Positions 62,801 through 64,000 of a stretch of DNA of 64,000 nt are shown here, one piece after another. Position 1 is the stretch's first letter. Each line of letters begins with the position of its first letter. Source of the stretch: a virus (taxonomy: Duplodnaviria > Caudoviricetes); the IMG/VR virus record IMGVR_UViG_3300032007_000009; one strand, written 5' to 3'. Position numbers and translations under genes: made by a program. The notes under the pieces were generated by a model that made no database searches, was not told where the DNA came from, and worked only from the letters and a program-made list of their open reading frames with translations.

Positions 62801-63853
62801 ATTATCGAAGAAACTTTTAGGAAGATGCCAGGTCTGTATTAATGGTGGGCAGAATAAATTTCCTGATTGTTTAGATTTTGACCCAACAAAAGATTGTTAT
62901 TATTTTGATGACATTAATGATGATGATCCTCGTGAAGAAGATTATGACTGTGGAGCTTATATGCATGTTGATGATTATAATGAATTAAGAAATTTAATAA
63001 AGAAATAAATGGAAATTATATTTAACAATTTTGGATCTATTATTGGATTTTGGATATTGATTTGTATTTATATTCTTATAGGTATTGTTATTGTAGTATC
63101 GAGTGAAAGCAAATGGAAAAAGAAAAAATATAAATCATTTATTAAATTATTCTTTGTTATTTTTTGGCCTATTATAATTTTAGTATTCCCAATTTGGCTA
63201 TTATATAAAATTGTTACTTGTAAATAAATTTCATATTAATATTATTGAATATTTTAAATAATAATCTATATTATTTATATAATATTTAAAAAATAAAGAA
63301 TATGGATAATACAGCTACACCAAGACAGAGATGGGCTCTTTATTGTATAACAAAAAAGGATTATCGTAATGAAATTCTTTCAAAAGAAGAAGCTACTAAA
63401 TTAATTAAAGAACTTGGTGATCCTAATTACAAAAAGAAATCTGTATCGAAAACTCTTTCAGATGAGTTACTTAATTATCTTAAATCTCATATTGATGAAC
63501 TTTATAATGTATGTCTTAATGAGATGGGATACGGTTCAATTGTAGAAATCAATGGAAAACCTTATAATTTCGTTGGGTGTGGATGTGGAATTACTTGGCT
63601 AACATATAATAAGAATAATAAAAGGGCAGAAGAAATTAATAATGCTGCTCGTAAATATAGACATAATGAAATTGAATCAATATTAATTAAAAAACTTCCT
63701 AATAAAATATATAAAGAATTACAGAAAAAAGGATGTCCATTTGAAGCAATTTGGAGTCAAATGCAAAATTTACAATATGCATATTATGAATTGGTTATTA
63801 AATTTGCCAATGAACATGGTATTAATATGAATATTAAATCTGTTTTAGACTAA
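59867..63853 (+). CDS. Array of small hypothetical (early-type) genes, including membrane proteins 61278-61499 and 63009-63227
   Basis: Tightly packed ORFs preceded by CTATATTA motifs at about 59830, 60312 and 63266. Confidence 0.55.
60244..60272 (+). terminator. Intrinsic terminator
   Basis: AGATCCGAATT-TTT-AATTCGGATCT plus a T run. Confidence 0.8.
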
Positions 63854-64000
63854 ATATATAAATTATGTACGCATTAATCAGAAGAACAGGTAGTTTTATT
63901 GGACTTTTTTCTACAAAGAAGAGAATGCAGATGGTTATTGAACAACTTATTAAAGATGACTATGAAAAGAATGGTTCTCCTTGTGGAAATTTCAATTTTC

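Noticed and set aside
1-64000. Alternative genetic code (TAG or TGA readthrough)
   Set aside because: Conserved genes are full length in code 11, and TGA stops overlap downstream ATGs as normal coupled stops.
1-64000. DGR template repeat or reverse transcriptase, tRNA or rRNA genes, introns or inteins
   Set aside because: I saw no second copy of the VR, no RT motifs and no cloverleaf-like GC-rich segments, and RecA, topoisomerase, ligase and ClpX have normal lengths. This was inspection by eye only.

Overview
Very AT-rich, densely coding segment of a large T4-like (jumbo/mega) bacteriophage genome. It is probably Lak-like and infects a Bacteroidota host such as Prevotella: there is no consistent Shine-Dalgarno signal, and it carries a DUF4494-like gene, a Prevotella-type lipoprotein, BspA-type LRR proteins and BACON-like fibres. 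It reads cleanly in the standard genetic code. Recognisable genes: two type II topoisomerase subunits, RecA, Mre11/Rad50 (gp47/gp46), NAD-dependent ligase, ThyX, a T4 gp42-like dCMP hydroxymethylase, ClpX and ClpP, MnmA, Pth2, an acyl carrier protein, a GH2 glycosidase, a MoxR-type AAA+/VWA-metallopeptidase pair, nucleases and many small hypothetical genes. Most notable: (1) about 11 otherwise mostly unrelated proteins share a 10-residue N-terminal tag (MK-x-[IL]-x-x-[YFIL]-[ILF]-x-E) resembling the T4 capsid-targeting sequence, many clustered around an AAA+/VWA operon, which suggests a modular set of head-packaged, injected effectors; (2) an orphan DGR-type variable region in a C-type-lectin-like gene; (3) a probable programmed +1 frameshift in a gp26/gp51-like baseplate or tail-chaperone gene; (4) a cytosine-modification cluster. 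All family assignments come from motif recognition by eye; no searches were run.
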